Shown here piece by piece: positions 36,163-46,060 of a stretch of DNA of 64,000 nt. The position numbers and the translations under genes were made by a program. Origin of the DNA: Candidatus Binatia bacterium (GTDB lineage Bacteria > Desulfobacterota > Binatia > UBA1149 > CAITLU01); assembly GCA_047611725.1 (NCBI GenBank), contig JBLFWR010000003.1, forward strand, positions 18,779 to 82,778. The letters are read 5' to 3'. The first letter of the stretch is position 1, and every line of letters begins with the position of its first letter. The notes beneath the pieces were generated by a model. The model searched no databases. It was not told where the DNA came from and saw nothing but the letters and a program-made list of their open reading frames with translations.

Positions 36163-37470
36163 TCAAGACGCCTTGCGAATCGGCTCGCTCTCTTCTGTGT
36201 CGGCGAACACCTCACTCATACTTTCGGCGATGATGTCGAGTCCGGAAACTAGCATCGGCACATCGATAGTAAGCGAGGGCAAGAGCTTCAACACTTCGTC
36301 ATCCGGACCTGCGGTCTCGATCACCAACCCGCGCTCGAAACACGCGCGAGAGATGGCAGACGCCACGTTGCGGTTTTCGAAGGCCAGCCCTTGGATCAGG
36401 CCGCGGCCGCGATGCTCGCCACCGTGGGTGGCTGCCAGTTCCGCGAGAGTGGAACTCACCGTGGCCGCCTTGCTGGCAACGTCGCGCGTAAACGCGTCGT
36501 CCTTCCAATAAAGCTCAAGCGCCGCAGTGGCCGTCACGAAAGCATGGTTGTTACCGCGAAAGGTACCGTTGTGTTCGCCCGGCTGCCAAACATCGAGTTC
36601 GGGGCGGAACAGAACCACCGAAAGCGGTAGGCCGAAACCTGACAGAGACTTCGAAAGACAAACCACATCGGGATCGAGCCCCGCATCTTCAAAGCTGAAG
36701 AAGGGGCCAGTGCGACCGCAACCAACCTGAATGTCATCAACGATGAAAAGGATGTCGTTCTCATTCGCCAACCGTTCCAGGCGGCGTAGCCAAGAAATCG
36801 AGGCCTCATTGATGCCGCCTTCAGCTTGGATTGTCTCGACGATGAATGCTGCTGGCTTGTCCAGACCACTACTACCGTCGTTGAGAAGAGCCTGAAGGTA
36901 GTCGAGTGTATCGACACCCTCTCCCAAGTAGCCGTCGAACGGCAAGGTGGTAACCCCACCCAGTCCAAGCCCCGCTCCTTCACGTTTCATGCTGTTGCCG
37001 GTTAACGAAAGCGCCCCAAGCGTCATTCCGTGAAACGCATTGGTAAACGATATGATGTTGGTTCGACCCGTGACCTTGCGAACCAACTTCAGAGCCGCCT
37101 CAACGGCGTTAGTGCCCGTGGGTCCGGGAAACATAACCTTGTACTCGAGGTTGCGTGGTTCCAGCACGGTGGAAACTAGCGTCTGAAGGAATTTTTCCTT
37201 GGCGTCTGTAGCGAGATCCAACCCGTGCGTGATGCCGTCCCTAGTAATGTAGTCGACGAGCGCGCTTTTCAGCTCGGGGTTGTTATGGCCGTAGTTCAGA
37301 GCTCCGGCGCCGGCCAGGAAGTCGATGTAGGGGCAACCACTTCGGTCGAACATTTCCGACCCTACGGCTCGGTCGAAAATGACCGGAAACGAACGACAGT
37401 AGGTACGAACGCCGGATTCGTGGCGCTCGAACGTAGAAAGGTCTGTGTCAGTGTTACGATGCTTGCTCAT
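36163..37470 (-). CDS. ectB: Diaminobutyrate--2-oxoglutarate transaminase
   Basis: N-terminal FERHESGVRTYCRSFPVIF signature and a class-III aminotransferase fold. Immediately follows ectA. Confidence 0.9.
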   Translation of the reverse strand: MSKHRNTDTDLSTFERHESGVRTYCRSFPVIFDRAVGSEMFDRSGCPYIDFLAGAGALNYGHNNPELKSALVDYITRDGITHGLDLATDAKEKFLQTLVSTVLEPRNLEYKVMFPGPTGTNAVEAALKLVRKVTGRTNIISFTNAFHGMTLGALSLTGNSMKREGAGLGLGGVTTLPFDGYLGEGVDTLDYLQALLNDGSSGLDKPAAFIVETIQAEGGINEASISWLRRLERLANENDILFIVDDIQVGCGRTGPFFSFEDAGLDPDVVCLSKSLSGFGLPLSVVLFRPELDVWQPGEHNGTFRGNNHAFVTATAALELYWKDDAFTRDVASKAATVSSTLAELAATHGGEHRGRGLIQGLAFENRNVASAISRACFERGLVIETAGPDDEVLKLLPSLTIDVPMLVSGLDIIAESMSEVFADTEESEPIRKAS

Positions 37471-37993
37471 GGGTGTCTCCCTTTTGAATCTGAGCGACGG
37501 CGCCGTGAACTTGAGTCACAGGCCGTAGCGGACCGATGCGATACAGGGGTTCGTCTTCGTGAGACGCCCCTCCGAAATGTTCGCGCGTGAAATAGTCACG
37601 CACGACACATTCCGTTTCGCGGCGACGTGCAAAGCCGCGGAACATGGCATCAGAACTTTGGTTATCGGGAGCCACCGTGGCTTCCAGGTAATGCACGTTG
37701 CTACAAGCGGGGCTTGAAGCGAGCGTTTCGAGAAGAGCCGTGCCGAGACCGAGGCCGCGCGAGTTCGCGTCCACTCCGATCTGCCACACGAAAATCGTTG
37801 CAGGGTCAGCGGGCGGGCAGTAGCCCGCAACAAAGCCTGCGATCGCGCCATCCGAACTTACCGCCACCAATGATGTCGCAGCGAAGTGCGTGCATATGAG
37901 CAGATAGGCGTACAAGGAGTTGGCCTCCAAGGCCTCGGACGCAACCACCAAGCGATGGATACCGACCGCGTCCGCCGCCACAGGCTGGCGCAT
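37454..37993 (-). CDS. ectA: L-2,4-diaminobutyrate acetyltransferase (start may lie further upstream, up to 38143)
   Basis: ANSLYAYLLICTHF, FVWQIGVD...RG.GLG and ATVAPDNQSS align with EctA. 17-nt overlap with ectB. Confidence 0.8.
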   Translation of the reverse strand: MRQPVAADAVGIHRLVVASEALEANSLYAYLLICTHFAATSLVAVSSDGAIAGFVAGYCPPADPATIFVWQIGVDANSRGLGLGTALLETLASSPACSNVHYLEATVAPDNQSSDAMFRGFARRRETECVVRDYFTREHFGGASHEDEPLYRIGPLRPVTQVHGAVAQIQKGDTHEQAS

Positions 37994-38090
37994 ATGGGGC
38001 TGCACCAAACTGTCCTCGCCGGACAGAGCGCCTGAAAACTCGGGCTTTTCTTGTTGTTCTTTCAAACTGGGGTGGCAGCGCGACAGGGTT

Positions 38091-38145
38091 GTCAAAATTA
38101 GTTGCTGCGACAACAAGTTAGTTGCCCCGACAATTGGTGTCAATC
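38091..38145. promoter_or_regulatory. Two 16-nt direct repeats (ttagttgcNNcgacaa) plus TTGACA-like boxes in the divergent ectA/ectC control region
   Basis: ttagttgctgcgacaa-caag-ttagttgccccgacaa. The minus strand has TTGACA-17nt-TAACTT. Confidence 0.4.
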
Positions 38146-38297
38146 ATGCTCTTTTTGAGGAAATTCGGCGCCAACCCTGGGGCCAATTTGATTCACAGAG
38201 CCAAATCATCCACGAAAACACCCAGTTCGCCGAAAAAAATGGTTGCTGGCCGCGACGAGAACACCGACCGCGTCGATGAAGGCCCAAGGGAAATTGC

Positions 38298-38687
38298 ATG
38301 AAAATCGTTAGATTGTCAGAAATCGTCGGAACCGACCGCGATGTTGAGGGGCCTGGCTGGAAGAGTCGCCGCCTTCTGCTCAAGAAGGACGGCATGGGGT
38401 TTTCCTTTCATGAAACGCTAATTCCCCCCGGTGCAGAGCTACGCCTTTGGTACAAGAACCACCTTGAAGCCGTCTATTGTGTAGCGGGCGACGGGAGCAT
38501 CGAAAACCTAGCCACCGGCGAAATTCACGAAATCAGCGACGGGACCCTGTACGCGCTGAACGCGCACGACCGGCATGTTGTACGTGGCGGGAGCAAAGAG
38601 ATGCGGCTCGTGTGTGCGTTTAACCCACCGGTGACCGGGCGCGAAACCCATGACGCCGATGGGTCGTACACATTGGTCGATGATTGA
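38298..38687 (+). CDS. ectC: L-ectoine synthase
   Basis: [16 protein letters not shown]...[13 protein letters not shown]...[13 protein letters not shown] (cupin fold). Transcribed divergently from ectAB. Confidence 0.9.
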   Translation: MKIVRLSEIVGTDRDVEGPGWKSRRLLLKKDGMGFSFHETLIPPGAELRLWYKNHLEAVYCVAGDGSIENLATGEIHEISDGTLYALNAHDRHVVRGGSKEMRLVCAFNPPVTGRETHDADGSYTLVDD

Positions 38688-38743
38688 GTCGGTGAAACTA
38701 AGCCATCGCGAGGCAACACGAACGATGATGAGTTAAGCGTGGG

Positions 38744-38983
38744 CTAATGCTGGCCCACGCACACGAAACACGGTGGAGCCTGGCCAACCTCGCAGCCGAT
38801 GTACTCGCAAACTCCGCGCGGGCCATTGGGAAGTTGACACTGTGCACCGAGCTCGGTGCACACGGTTGAAAGAGCGGGGCTGGAAAGCGAACCCGGGTCG
38901 CAGCCGACGCACGACAGAATGCTCACCAGGATCAAAGCCGCAGCGAGAGGCAAGTGGGAAAACCGTAAGATGGGAAAAGTCAC
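38744..38983 (-). CDS. Small secreted Cys-rich protein (8 Cys, 79 aa)
   Basis: Hydrophobic N-terminal signal-like segment with a lipobox-like LSCVGC, then CTELGAQCQ...CEYIGCE...CFVC. Confidence 0.35.
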   Translation of the reverse strand: MTFPILRFSHLPLAAALILVSILSCVGCDPGSLSSPALSTVCTELGAQCQLPNGPRGVCEYIGCEVGQAPPCFVCVGQH

Positions 38984-38992
38984 GACCGCTGT

Positions 38993-40273
38993 TCAGCTAC
39001 CGACCTTGCCGGGCGTAAATTTGCACGGCATTCGTTTGATACCGTTAATAAAGCCCGAACGCAGGAAGTCCGGTTCGCCGGTAATTTCCAAATCAGGCAA
39101 GCGTCGGAAAATCTCACGGAACATCACGGTAATTTCTCGGCGAGCTAGATTTGCGCCGAGGCAAAAGTGCGGGCCTGGCCCCCCGAATCCGACATGATCG
39201 TTGGGGGTACGGCGGACATCAAAGGAGTGGGGATCCTTGAACACGGCCTCATCGCGATTTCCTGACGCATACCACAGTACCGCTTTGTCTCCCTCGCGCA
39301 TTTGCTGCCCACCGATTTCGTAATCTCGCAGCAAGCTGCGACGCATTTGAATCACTGGCGTCGCGACTCGAACGATCTCTTCCACAGCGGTGGGAGCAAC
39401 TCCCTCGAAATCGGCCGCCCAAATAGCGCGCTGATCCGGGTTGTCGCAGAGCGCCTTCATGCCGTGGCTGATCGAGTTTCGTGTTGTCTCATTGCCGGCA
39501 ACGACCAAGAGGACGAAAAACGAGCAAAGCTCTTCTTCGGTGAACGCACCGTCTTCTTGGCCGGCATCAAGAAGCATGGTCGTCATGTCATCTTTCGGAT
39601 TCTTGCGACGGTCTTCGGCCATCTCACTCATGAGTTCGGCCAGAGCCGCGCCTGCCATCATCGCAGCCGTCTGTAAATCGCCGCCCGGAGGGACGAAGTC
39701 GGGGTCACCGAGGCCGAGAATGGTATTGGTCTGCTCGAACACCATCGCGGCCTTGCTGTCGGGAATACCCATCATGTCGCAGATGATCTCAAGTGGCAGC
39801 GGCGCGGCAATATCGGTAACGAAATCGCACTCACCTCGCTCGATCACACGATCGACGACCAAACGTGCCCGTTCGATAACCTGCTGGTCCAGGCGCTGCA
39901 GAGATCGTGGGGTAAAACCACGCGACACAATACGGCGCTGCCGCGCATGGCGCGGGTCGTCCATATTGATCATGCCGCCGAAAAACTCGTTGAATTCAAC
40001 GGGCAGATCCATAATCGACGTCGCACCGCGCGCCGAACTGAACACATCGGCCATGCGGCTGGCCTCCAAGATGTCGGCATGTCGGGTCAGGTTCCAAAAA
40101 CCCGGACCCGGCTCGATAGGCAGTCCGGGAATCCTATGTTCCTTAAGAAAGGGAATCGGCCGTTCCGCACGCAGCGTAGCAAAGGCCCCCTCGCGCTCGG
40201 CCAAGGGCCGTCCCCAAAACTCGATATCCGCTAAATCGATTTCGTCTACCGAGAGAACCTGTCGCATTTCCAT
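38993..40273 (-). CDS. Cytochrome P450
   Basis: FGGPGPHFCLGANLARRE haem-binding loop and AGNETTRN (I-helix). Confidence 0.85.
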   Translation of the reverse strand: MEMRQVLSVDEIDLADIEFWGRPLAEREGAFATLRAERPIPFLKEHRIPGLPIEPGPGFWNLTRHADILEASRMADVFSSARGATSIMDLPVEFNEFFGGMINMDDPRHARQRRIVSRGFTPRSLQRLDQQVIERARLVVDRVIERGECDFVTDIAAPLPLEIICDMMGIPDSKAAMVFEQTNTILGLGDPDFVPPGGDLQTAAMMAGAALAELMSEMAEDRRKNPKDDMTTMLLDAGQEDGAFTEEELCSFFVLLVVAGNETTRNSISHGMKALCDNPDQRAIWAADFEGVAPTAVEEIVRVATPVIQMRRSLLRDYEIGGQQMREGDKAVLWYASGNRDEAVFKDPHSFDVRRTPNDHVGFGGPGPHFCLGANLARREITVMFREIFRRLPDLEITGEPDFLRSGFINGIKRMPCKFTPGKVGS

Positions 40274-40353
40274 CCTGCTGTCTTAATGGAAATTCTGGAT
40301 AGGTCCACACAAGGCGAACCGGGCGGCCCTAGTGTGTCCGGCGATCCTCGCCT

Positions 40354-41871
40354 ATGGATGTCAGCGGGGACACAACTTCCTGCAACCCTTTGTCAGACCG
40401 GAGACTCGTTGACGTGACCACAAACACCACCCTTCGCATCGCCATCATCGGCGCCGGCCCCGGTGGCCTTGCCGCTGGACACGAACTTCTCGACAAAGGG
40501 TTCACAAACTTCACCCTATTCGAGGCCACCGATGCGGTGGGCGGCACCTGGCACATCCACACCTACCCGGGCTTGGCCTGCGATGTCTGGGCTCACTCGT
40601 ACACGTTTTCCTATCGGCCGAATCCGGATTGGACCGCAAACTTCGTCGAACAGCCGGAAATCGAACAATACCTGCAAACCTGCGCACTCGAGTTTGGGCT
40701 GACCCCGCACATAAAACTCAACACACGCATTGCTAGCGCCGTGTACCAAGACGGTGGAAGCTGGCGGCTGACCAGCGAACGCGGCGAGACATTCGAGTGC
40801 GACGTCGTGATCAACGCGATGGGCAACCAGCACACGCCGCTATACCCAGATGTTCCGGGCAAAGAAGATTTTGCTGGGAACAGTTTTCACGGCACACGCT
40901 GGGATCACACGGTCGAACTCCGAGGCAAGCGCGTCGTTGTTGTGGGGTCGGCGGCAAGCGCCGTGCAGATCGTCCCCGAAATCGCCAAGGTCGTCGGCCA
41001 TCTCACGGTTTTGCAACGAAGCGCCAACTGGATCATGCCGCGCCGACGCAAGCTGTACTCGGACGCCAAGCGCAATTGGTTTCGCCGCTTGCCGCTTTTG
41101 ATACGGCTTACCCAGCGCTTTCAGCGTTTTCTCATGAGTTTCGTTCTTCCCGCCGTCACGATCGGGCACAAGCGCATGAAGGATTTCGAGAAACTCGCAA
41201 AACGCTACCTCGACTCGGTGATTCCGGAGGGCGCAATGCGCGACGCACTGACTCCGGACTCGCAGTACGGGTGCAAGCGAGGGTTGGTCTCTGATGACTT
41301 CTACCCCGCGTTGATGCGTGAAAACACAGAGCTGGTGCACGACGGGTTGGGCAAGGTTCGCCCCGAAGGAATTACAACCAGCGGCGGCCGTGAGATCGAC
41401 GTAGACGTCATCATCTACTGCACCGGCTATCGAATTCTCGACTTCGATCGAATCAACGTAGTCGGAGAGAACAGCCAAACCCTCGCCGCGCAAATGAGCG
41501 ACACACCCGAAGCGCACAAGGGCATCGCAGCACCTGGCTTTCCGAACTACTTCTTCGCGGTCGGCCCGAACGGGTTGGTGCTAGACACCCCGTACTTTAT
41601 GACCGTCGAAAAGAACCTCGAGACCATCGTTCGACTGCTCATCGAAAAGGAAGCCGCGGGTCTGCACGCAATCGCCGTCAAACCCGACCTTCACCGTGCG
41701 TACAACGACTGGATGGAACCGCGTTTTCCTTTGTATTCGTGGGGCAATGAGGCTTGCAGCAGCTACTACCGCACCGCCAGCGGCCGAGTCCCCTTCCTAT
41801 ACCCCGGCAGCTTCAAGGACTACACGAAAATGCACGCGGCCATCACTCTTGAAGAGTTCGAATCGCGTTAG
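40354..41871 (+). CDS. Flavin-containing (Baeyer-Villiger-type) monooxygenase; probable GTG start near 40413
   Basis: Two Rossmann dinucleotide-binding motifs (IAIIGAGPGG; VVVVGSAASAVQI) and an FMO-family layout. Confidence 0.8.
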   Translation: MDVSGDTTSCNPLSDRRLVDVTTNTTLRIAIIGAGPGGLAAGHELLDKGFTNFTLFEATDAVGGTWHIHTYPGLACDVWAHSYTFSYRPNPDWTANFVEQPEIEQYLQTCALEFGLTPHIKLNTRIASAVYQDGGSWRLTSERGETFECDVVINAMGNQHTPLYPDVPGKEDFAGNSFHGTRWDHTVELRGKRVVVVGSAASAVQIVPEIAKVVGHLTVLQRSANWIMPRRRKLYSDAKRNWFRRLPLLIRLTQRFQRFLMSFVLPAVTIGHKRMKDFEKLAKRYLDSVIPEGAMRDALTPDSQYGCKRGLVSDDFYPALMRENTELVHDGLGKVRPEGITTSGGREIDVDVIIYCTGYRILDFDRINVVGENSQTLAAQMSDTPEAHKGIAAPGFPNYFFAVGPNGLVLDTPYFMTVEKNLETIVRLLIEKEAAGLHAIAVKPDLHRAYNDWMEPRFPLYSWGNEACSSYYRTASGRVPFLYPGSFKDYTKMHAAITLEEFESR

Positions 41872-41898
41872 AGCCGCAGCGGCGGTGGAAGCGAAAAG

Positions 41899-41943
41899 AA
41901 TCGGTACCCGTCCCCGATTTTTAATCGGGGACGGGTACCGATT
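41899..41943. repeat. Palindromic repeat element, copy 3 (arms in swapped order, ttt loop), between convergent genes and overlapping the 41942 stop
   Basis: aatcggtacccgtccccgatt-ttt-aatcggggacgggtaccgatt. Confidence 0.85.
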
Positions 41944-43120
41944 AATTGACGACTGCGGAGATGACTATATCGGAGAGTCGTGAGAGGCGCTCCATGTGGC
42001 GGCTGTCTTCCATGAGGCCGGTGGATAGGAACGTGAAGCTTAGGTCTCGTTCCGGGTCTACCCAGAAACAGGTCGAGCCTGCTCCCCAACCGCAGAAGCT
42101 TCGGGGCGAGGCGAGCGAACCGATGGGGCCTGGGGTGATTGCCTCGCCGCGTAGGAAGAAGCCTAAGCCGATGTAGGCGGGCCAGGGGCGCCAACCGCGA
42201 GTTGCCACGGTGTAGTCGAACAAAGAGTTGGGGCGACGGGCTGTGTGGTTGCGTGTAGCCAAGTCGATCATTGCCGGCGATAGAATCCGTTCGCCGCCTA
42301 ACTCCCCTCCGCGGCGCAACATGGTCGCGAAGGCATGCAGGTCGTGGGCGGTCGACAGGTAGCCGCCGCCAGGCAGCTCGATGCCGGGCAAGGTCAACAA
42401 TAGCGCCATGCCTTCCAATTCTTCGCCGCTAAAGATTCCTCGCTCGCTGTAGCGCGACACGACTGGGCACAAGCGCTCCATCAAATCCGCACGGCCACCG
42501 AGCGACGTGCTCTTCATGCCGAGGCGATCGTAGAGATCTTCCTGAAGGATCTGCGAGATTCCACGACCGGCGGGATCGGTTCGCACCAACATCAACGCGA
42601 GCACCGAGTGCGCGACGAGAATCGAATACTGCACGCGCTTGCCGGGCTCGGATTCCAACGCGGCGCGCGCCGCGAACTCGGTCATTTTCTCAATGTTTCC
42701 GAGATCGGCAGGTTCCAAAGCCGGAACTTGAGACGCGATTCCGCTGGTATGCGAGAGCAGTTGGGCCAGCGTGATGTGGTCTTTTCCAGTTCCCTCGAAC
42801 TCGTTTAACACTTCGACAATGGGAGCGTGTAAACGCAGGCGACCCGCTTCGACTGCCGCCAGAATCAACACGTTGATGAACTGCTTTCCGACCGACATGG
42901 TCACAAACACGTCGTCCAGACTCAGTTCCCGGTTGGCACTTCGATCGGCGAACCCCACGGCCCGCGCAGCGGCGATTCCGTTGCCGCGGCCGACAACCAA
43001 CGTACCACCATCATAAAGGTTTGCGGCGATGTCAGAGGCCATGGCCTCCCACACGCGATCCAATCGGGCAGCGTCGAAACCAAGTTCTTCAGGGTTTGTG
43101 ATGTTCATATCGGTCTCCAT
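41942..43120 (-). CDS. Serine hydrolase (class C beta-lactamase / esterase family)
   Basis: SVGK (SxxK) active-site motif; beta-lactamase-family length and composition. Confidence 0.75.
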   Translation of the reverse strand: METDMNITNPEELGFDAARLDRVWEAMASDIAANLYDGGTLVVGRGNGIAAARAVGFADRSANRELSLDDVFVTMSVGKQFINVLILAAVEAGRLRLHAPIVEVLNEFEGTGKDHITLAQLLSHTSGIASQVPALEPADLGNIEKMTEFAARAALESEPGKRVQYSILVAHSVLALMLVRTDPAGRGISQILQEDLYDRLGMKSTSLGGRADLMERLCPVVSRYSERGIFSGEELEGMALLLTLPGIELPGGGYLSTAHDLHAFATMLRRGGELGGERILSPAMIDLATRNHTARRPNSLFDYTVATRGWRPWPAYIGLGFFLRGEAITPGPIGSLASPRSFCGWGAGSTCFWVDPERDLSFTFLSTGLMEDSRHMERLSRLSDIVISAVVN

Positions 43121-43171
43121 TCGCGAGTCAGTAAATTGTCACGCTCGATGCTGCCAGCACGATCCAAACCG

Positions 43172-44221
43172 TCAGCTCGTCTCTCGCTCGACCGCACCGC
43201 CGGTGATCTCGGCAATCACCCGCGTCGCATACGCTCCGGATGGCAGGAAGAACGAAAGCACAACAACCCCCTCATCACCCCCATCTTGCCGCTTCCACTC
43301 AATGTCCAAAGGACGAACCAGAAGGTCGCGTCGCGTCCCCGGTGCCTCGCGGGCCAACTTTTCCAAGGTATCTGCGGGAAACGCTCCGGCAGCCTCGTCT
43401 TCCATAATCGCGGCCCCGCCCGCGGCCACACGCATCTTCGGGCCGTGAATCGGGCCTGTCAGGTGAACGTCTCCGTTTGCCAGCCGCAGTTGTTCCGCGC
43501 TCAAATCTTCGACAACAAACACACCTGAACTGCCCTCGAGGCGAACGACCTCACCTTCGATCAACTGCTTCAATCCGAGCTCAGCCCGCGCAACCGCATA
43601 TCGATTGAAGATCTCGGATTGTATGGCACTGGCCAACAGCTTGCGCAGACGGCGATCTTTAACGCGCCGGCCATCGAGCCAGGCAACAGCCTCATCAAGG
43701 TTGCGGCCGCCATAGCCAAAACGCTGGGCGTCGAAAATATTGAGGTAGCCATCGTTGGCCATCGTTTCGCACACGGCTGCGATGTTGCCATCCGCGGTTT
43801 CGCCGGTCTCGACTCCAACCAAACGGACCTCGAAACGATTTCCGCGTAAATGGCCAGTACGCAGTTTGTTGCTGTGGCGTGCGACCTCCAACACGGAGCA
43901 CCAATCGGGCAACTCCCAAGCCATCGCGTCTCCGGCATCGCGAGCGGGCATGCTCAGCCATTGTTCGGTGACTGCGTGTTTGTCCTTCATCCCCGCCGAG
44001 CCGATCTCTCGATCGCGGATGCCAGTGACAAGACTAACCGCTCGAATCAGATCTCGCGTGGTTCGCGAACGTTTACGCATGCGAACGTAGAGGTGTTCCC
44101 CCTCGCCGCAGAACTCGTAGGCTGGAATTTCGGTGACGCGAAAATCTTCCGGGTCGGGGCCCAACTGGCCACCGACCGCAGAAATATGGGTCAGACTGCG
44201 TTCAGGAATGGTAGGAAGCAC
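43172..44221 (-). CDS. truD: tRNA pseudouridine(13) synthase
   Basis: FRVTEIPAYEFCGEGEHLYVRMRK...GSAGMKDKHAVTEQW matches TruD. Confidence 0.85.
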   Translation of the reverse strand: MLPTIPERSLTHISAVGGQLGPDPEDFRVTEIPAYEFCGEGEHLYVRMRKRSRTTRDLIRAVSLVTGIRDREIGSAGMKDKHAVTEQWLSMPARDAGDAMAWELPDWCSVLEVARHSNKLRTGHLRGNRFEVRLVGVETGETADGNIAAVCETMANDGYLNIFDAQRFGYGGRNLDEAVAWLDGRRVKDRRLRKLLASAIQSEIFNRYAVARAELGLKQLIEGEVVRLEGSSGVFVVEDLSAEQLRLANGDVHLTGPIHGPKMRVAAGGAAIMEDEAAGAFPADTLEKLAREAPGTRRDLLVRPLDIEWKRQDGGDEGVVVLSFFLPSGAYATRVIAEITGGAVERETS

Positions 44222-44333
44222 GTCGCCCTATGTCTCGCCCGCACGATTCTTGCGAACGCCGCTGGCATCTATGGCGAGCACAACGCAAATCAGCGAACTA
44301 GCGAACCGTGGGCCTGCCCGCCTCTACGCTGGC

Positions 44334-45947
44334 TTAGCTCTCAGCCAGCACTCGCTTAAGGACCTTCCCGGTTGGGTTGCGCGGCAATGCGTCGAGGAAA
44401 ACGATTTCGCGCGGGATCTTGTAACGAGCCAGGTGGGTCTTTACATGGGCTTTGAGATCGGCCTCGGTCACCGATTCGCCGCTTTTGACCACGACAAAGC
44501 CTTTCAGGCGCTGACCAAACTCGTCGTCAGGAACACCGATCACTGAGGCCTCTTCGATCGCGGGATGATCGGCCAGAAGATCTTCAACCTCGCGTGGGAA
44601 GACATTCTCGCCGCCGGAAATGATCATGTCGTCGTCGCGGCCATCCACGAAGAGCAACCCGTTCTCGTCGAAGTGACCGACATCACCGGATGACATCAAA
44701 CCGTCAACGACTTCTTTGTTGCCACCACCCGTGTAGCCCTCGAACTGCGCATCGTTGCCAACAAAAATACGACCAACGGTTCCGGTTGGAACCTTCTTGC
44801 CGTTCTCGTCGATAATTCTCACGACCACACCACGCGGAGGGCGCCCGGCGGTTCCGGGAACCGCTCGGAGTTCATCCGGCATCGCGATCGAAGCCGTCGC
44901 AACTTCAGTGGATCCGTAAAAGTTGTGCAAGTTGTCACCGAACGTGTCCATCCACCGAACGGCTAACTCACCCGGCAGGGCTGAACCGCTGGCGCCAACC
45001 ACGCGCACTGAAGAACAATCGTATTTGCGGATGACCTCAGGCGGCAGCTGAAGGATTCGCTGCATCATCACCGGCACCACGGCCATCGCGTAAGGCTGCT
45101 CGCGGTCGATGGTTGCCAAGGTGTCTTCAGGATCGAACCGCCGTCGTAGCACCACCGTGCAAGAGGCAAGCGATGCCATCAGCAAATGCGCACCACCCCA
45201 AGAGTGGAACGTGGGTGCGACGACAAAGTTTATTTGTTCCGCTACCAGCGGCATGCGGCCCATGATTCCGACGAGAGAGTCCAGACCCGCACTGCGTGCG
45301 CTTCGCTGCGCCCCTTTCGGCGTGCCGGTGGTTCCGGATGTCAGAATTGTCGTACGACCGTGTCGGGATGGAGGAACCGGCTCGGCATCGGAGTTGTTTT
45401 TGACCAGGTCGTCCAGGGTCGGGTGCCCGTCGTTCGAACCATAAGAAACGACGCGGTGACGACCTCCGCCACCAGCATCGACGACTTTGGCGAATTCTTC
45501 GTCATAAACGACAACATCAACGCCCTCGCGCTCAAGAACCTCAGAGAGCTGCGGTGCGGCAAACCCAGTATTGAGAAGCAGGGTGTCGGCACCGAGCTTG
45601 CCCAAGGCGATGGTCGCCTCGACAAAGCCGATATGGTTGCGGGCGAAAAGCCCGACTCCGTGGCCCGCACGGACACCGGCGGCAGCCAATCCATTGGCGA
45701 TCGCGTTGGTTCGTCGATCGAGCTCGGCGTAGGTCACCTGACCGTCGTCGTCGATGATCGCGACCGCGTCGGGCCGCCGGGAAGCAGAAGCCGCAAAGCC
45801 AGCTGCGGGGGTCGGACCCCACTTCTTCGTGGCGGCGCCCAGCGCCAACATGCGGCCCGGGTGTAAAAACCCCGCCGATCCCAAAACTTCTAATACTTCG
45901 AGAGCACGTGAAAACGTGCCGCCCTGCCCTGTTCCGCGAAGACTCAT
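44334..45947 (-). CDS. AMP-dependent synthetase/ligase (acyl-CoA synthetase)
   Basis: ILTSGTTGTPKG AMP-binding motif; C-terminal GKV.K motif. Confidence 0.85.
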   Translation of the reverse strand: MSLRGTGQGGTFSRALEVLEVLGSAGFLHPGRMLALGAATKKWGPTPAAGFAASASRRPDAVAIIDDDGQVTYAELDRRTNAIANGLAAAGVRAGHGVGLFARNHIGFVEATIALGKLGADTLLLNTGFAAPQLSEVLEREGVDVVVYDEEFAKVVDAGGGGRHRVVSYGSNDGHPTLDDLVKNNSDAEPVPPSRHGRTTILTSGTTGTPKGAQRSARSAGLDSLVGIMGRMPLVAEQINFVVAPTFHSWGGAHLLMASLASCTVVLRRRFDPEDTLATIDREQPYAMAVVPVMMQRILQLPPEVIRKYDCSSVRVVGASGSALPGELAVRWMDTFGDNLHNFYGSTEVATASIAMPDELRAVPGTAGRPPRGVVVRIIDENGKKVPTGTVGRIFVGNDAQFEGYTGGGNKEVVDGLMSSGDVGHFDENGLLFVDGRDDDMIISGGENVFPREVEDLLADHPAIEEASVIGVPDDEFGQRLKGFVVVKSGESVTEADLKAHVKTHLARYKIPREIVFLDALPRNPTGKVLKRVLAES

Positions 45948-46060
45948 ACGCCTTCATTAGTGCAGGACCCGAGTCAGGTCGAGAGCAAAGGGCGTTCAGT
46001 GGACGAGAAACGCCCCAAAAGCTGCTGGCCGGCGTAGTTCCCCCGCCAGCTCCGGGCCCG

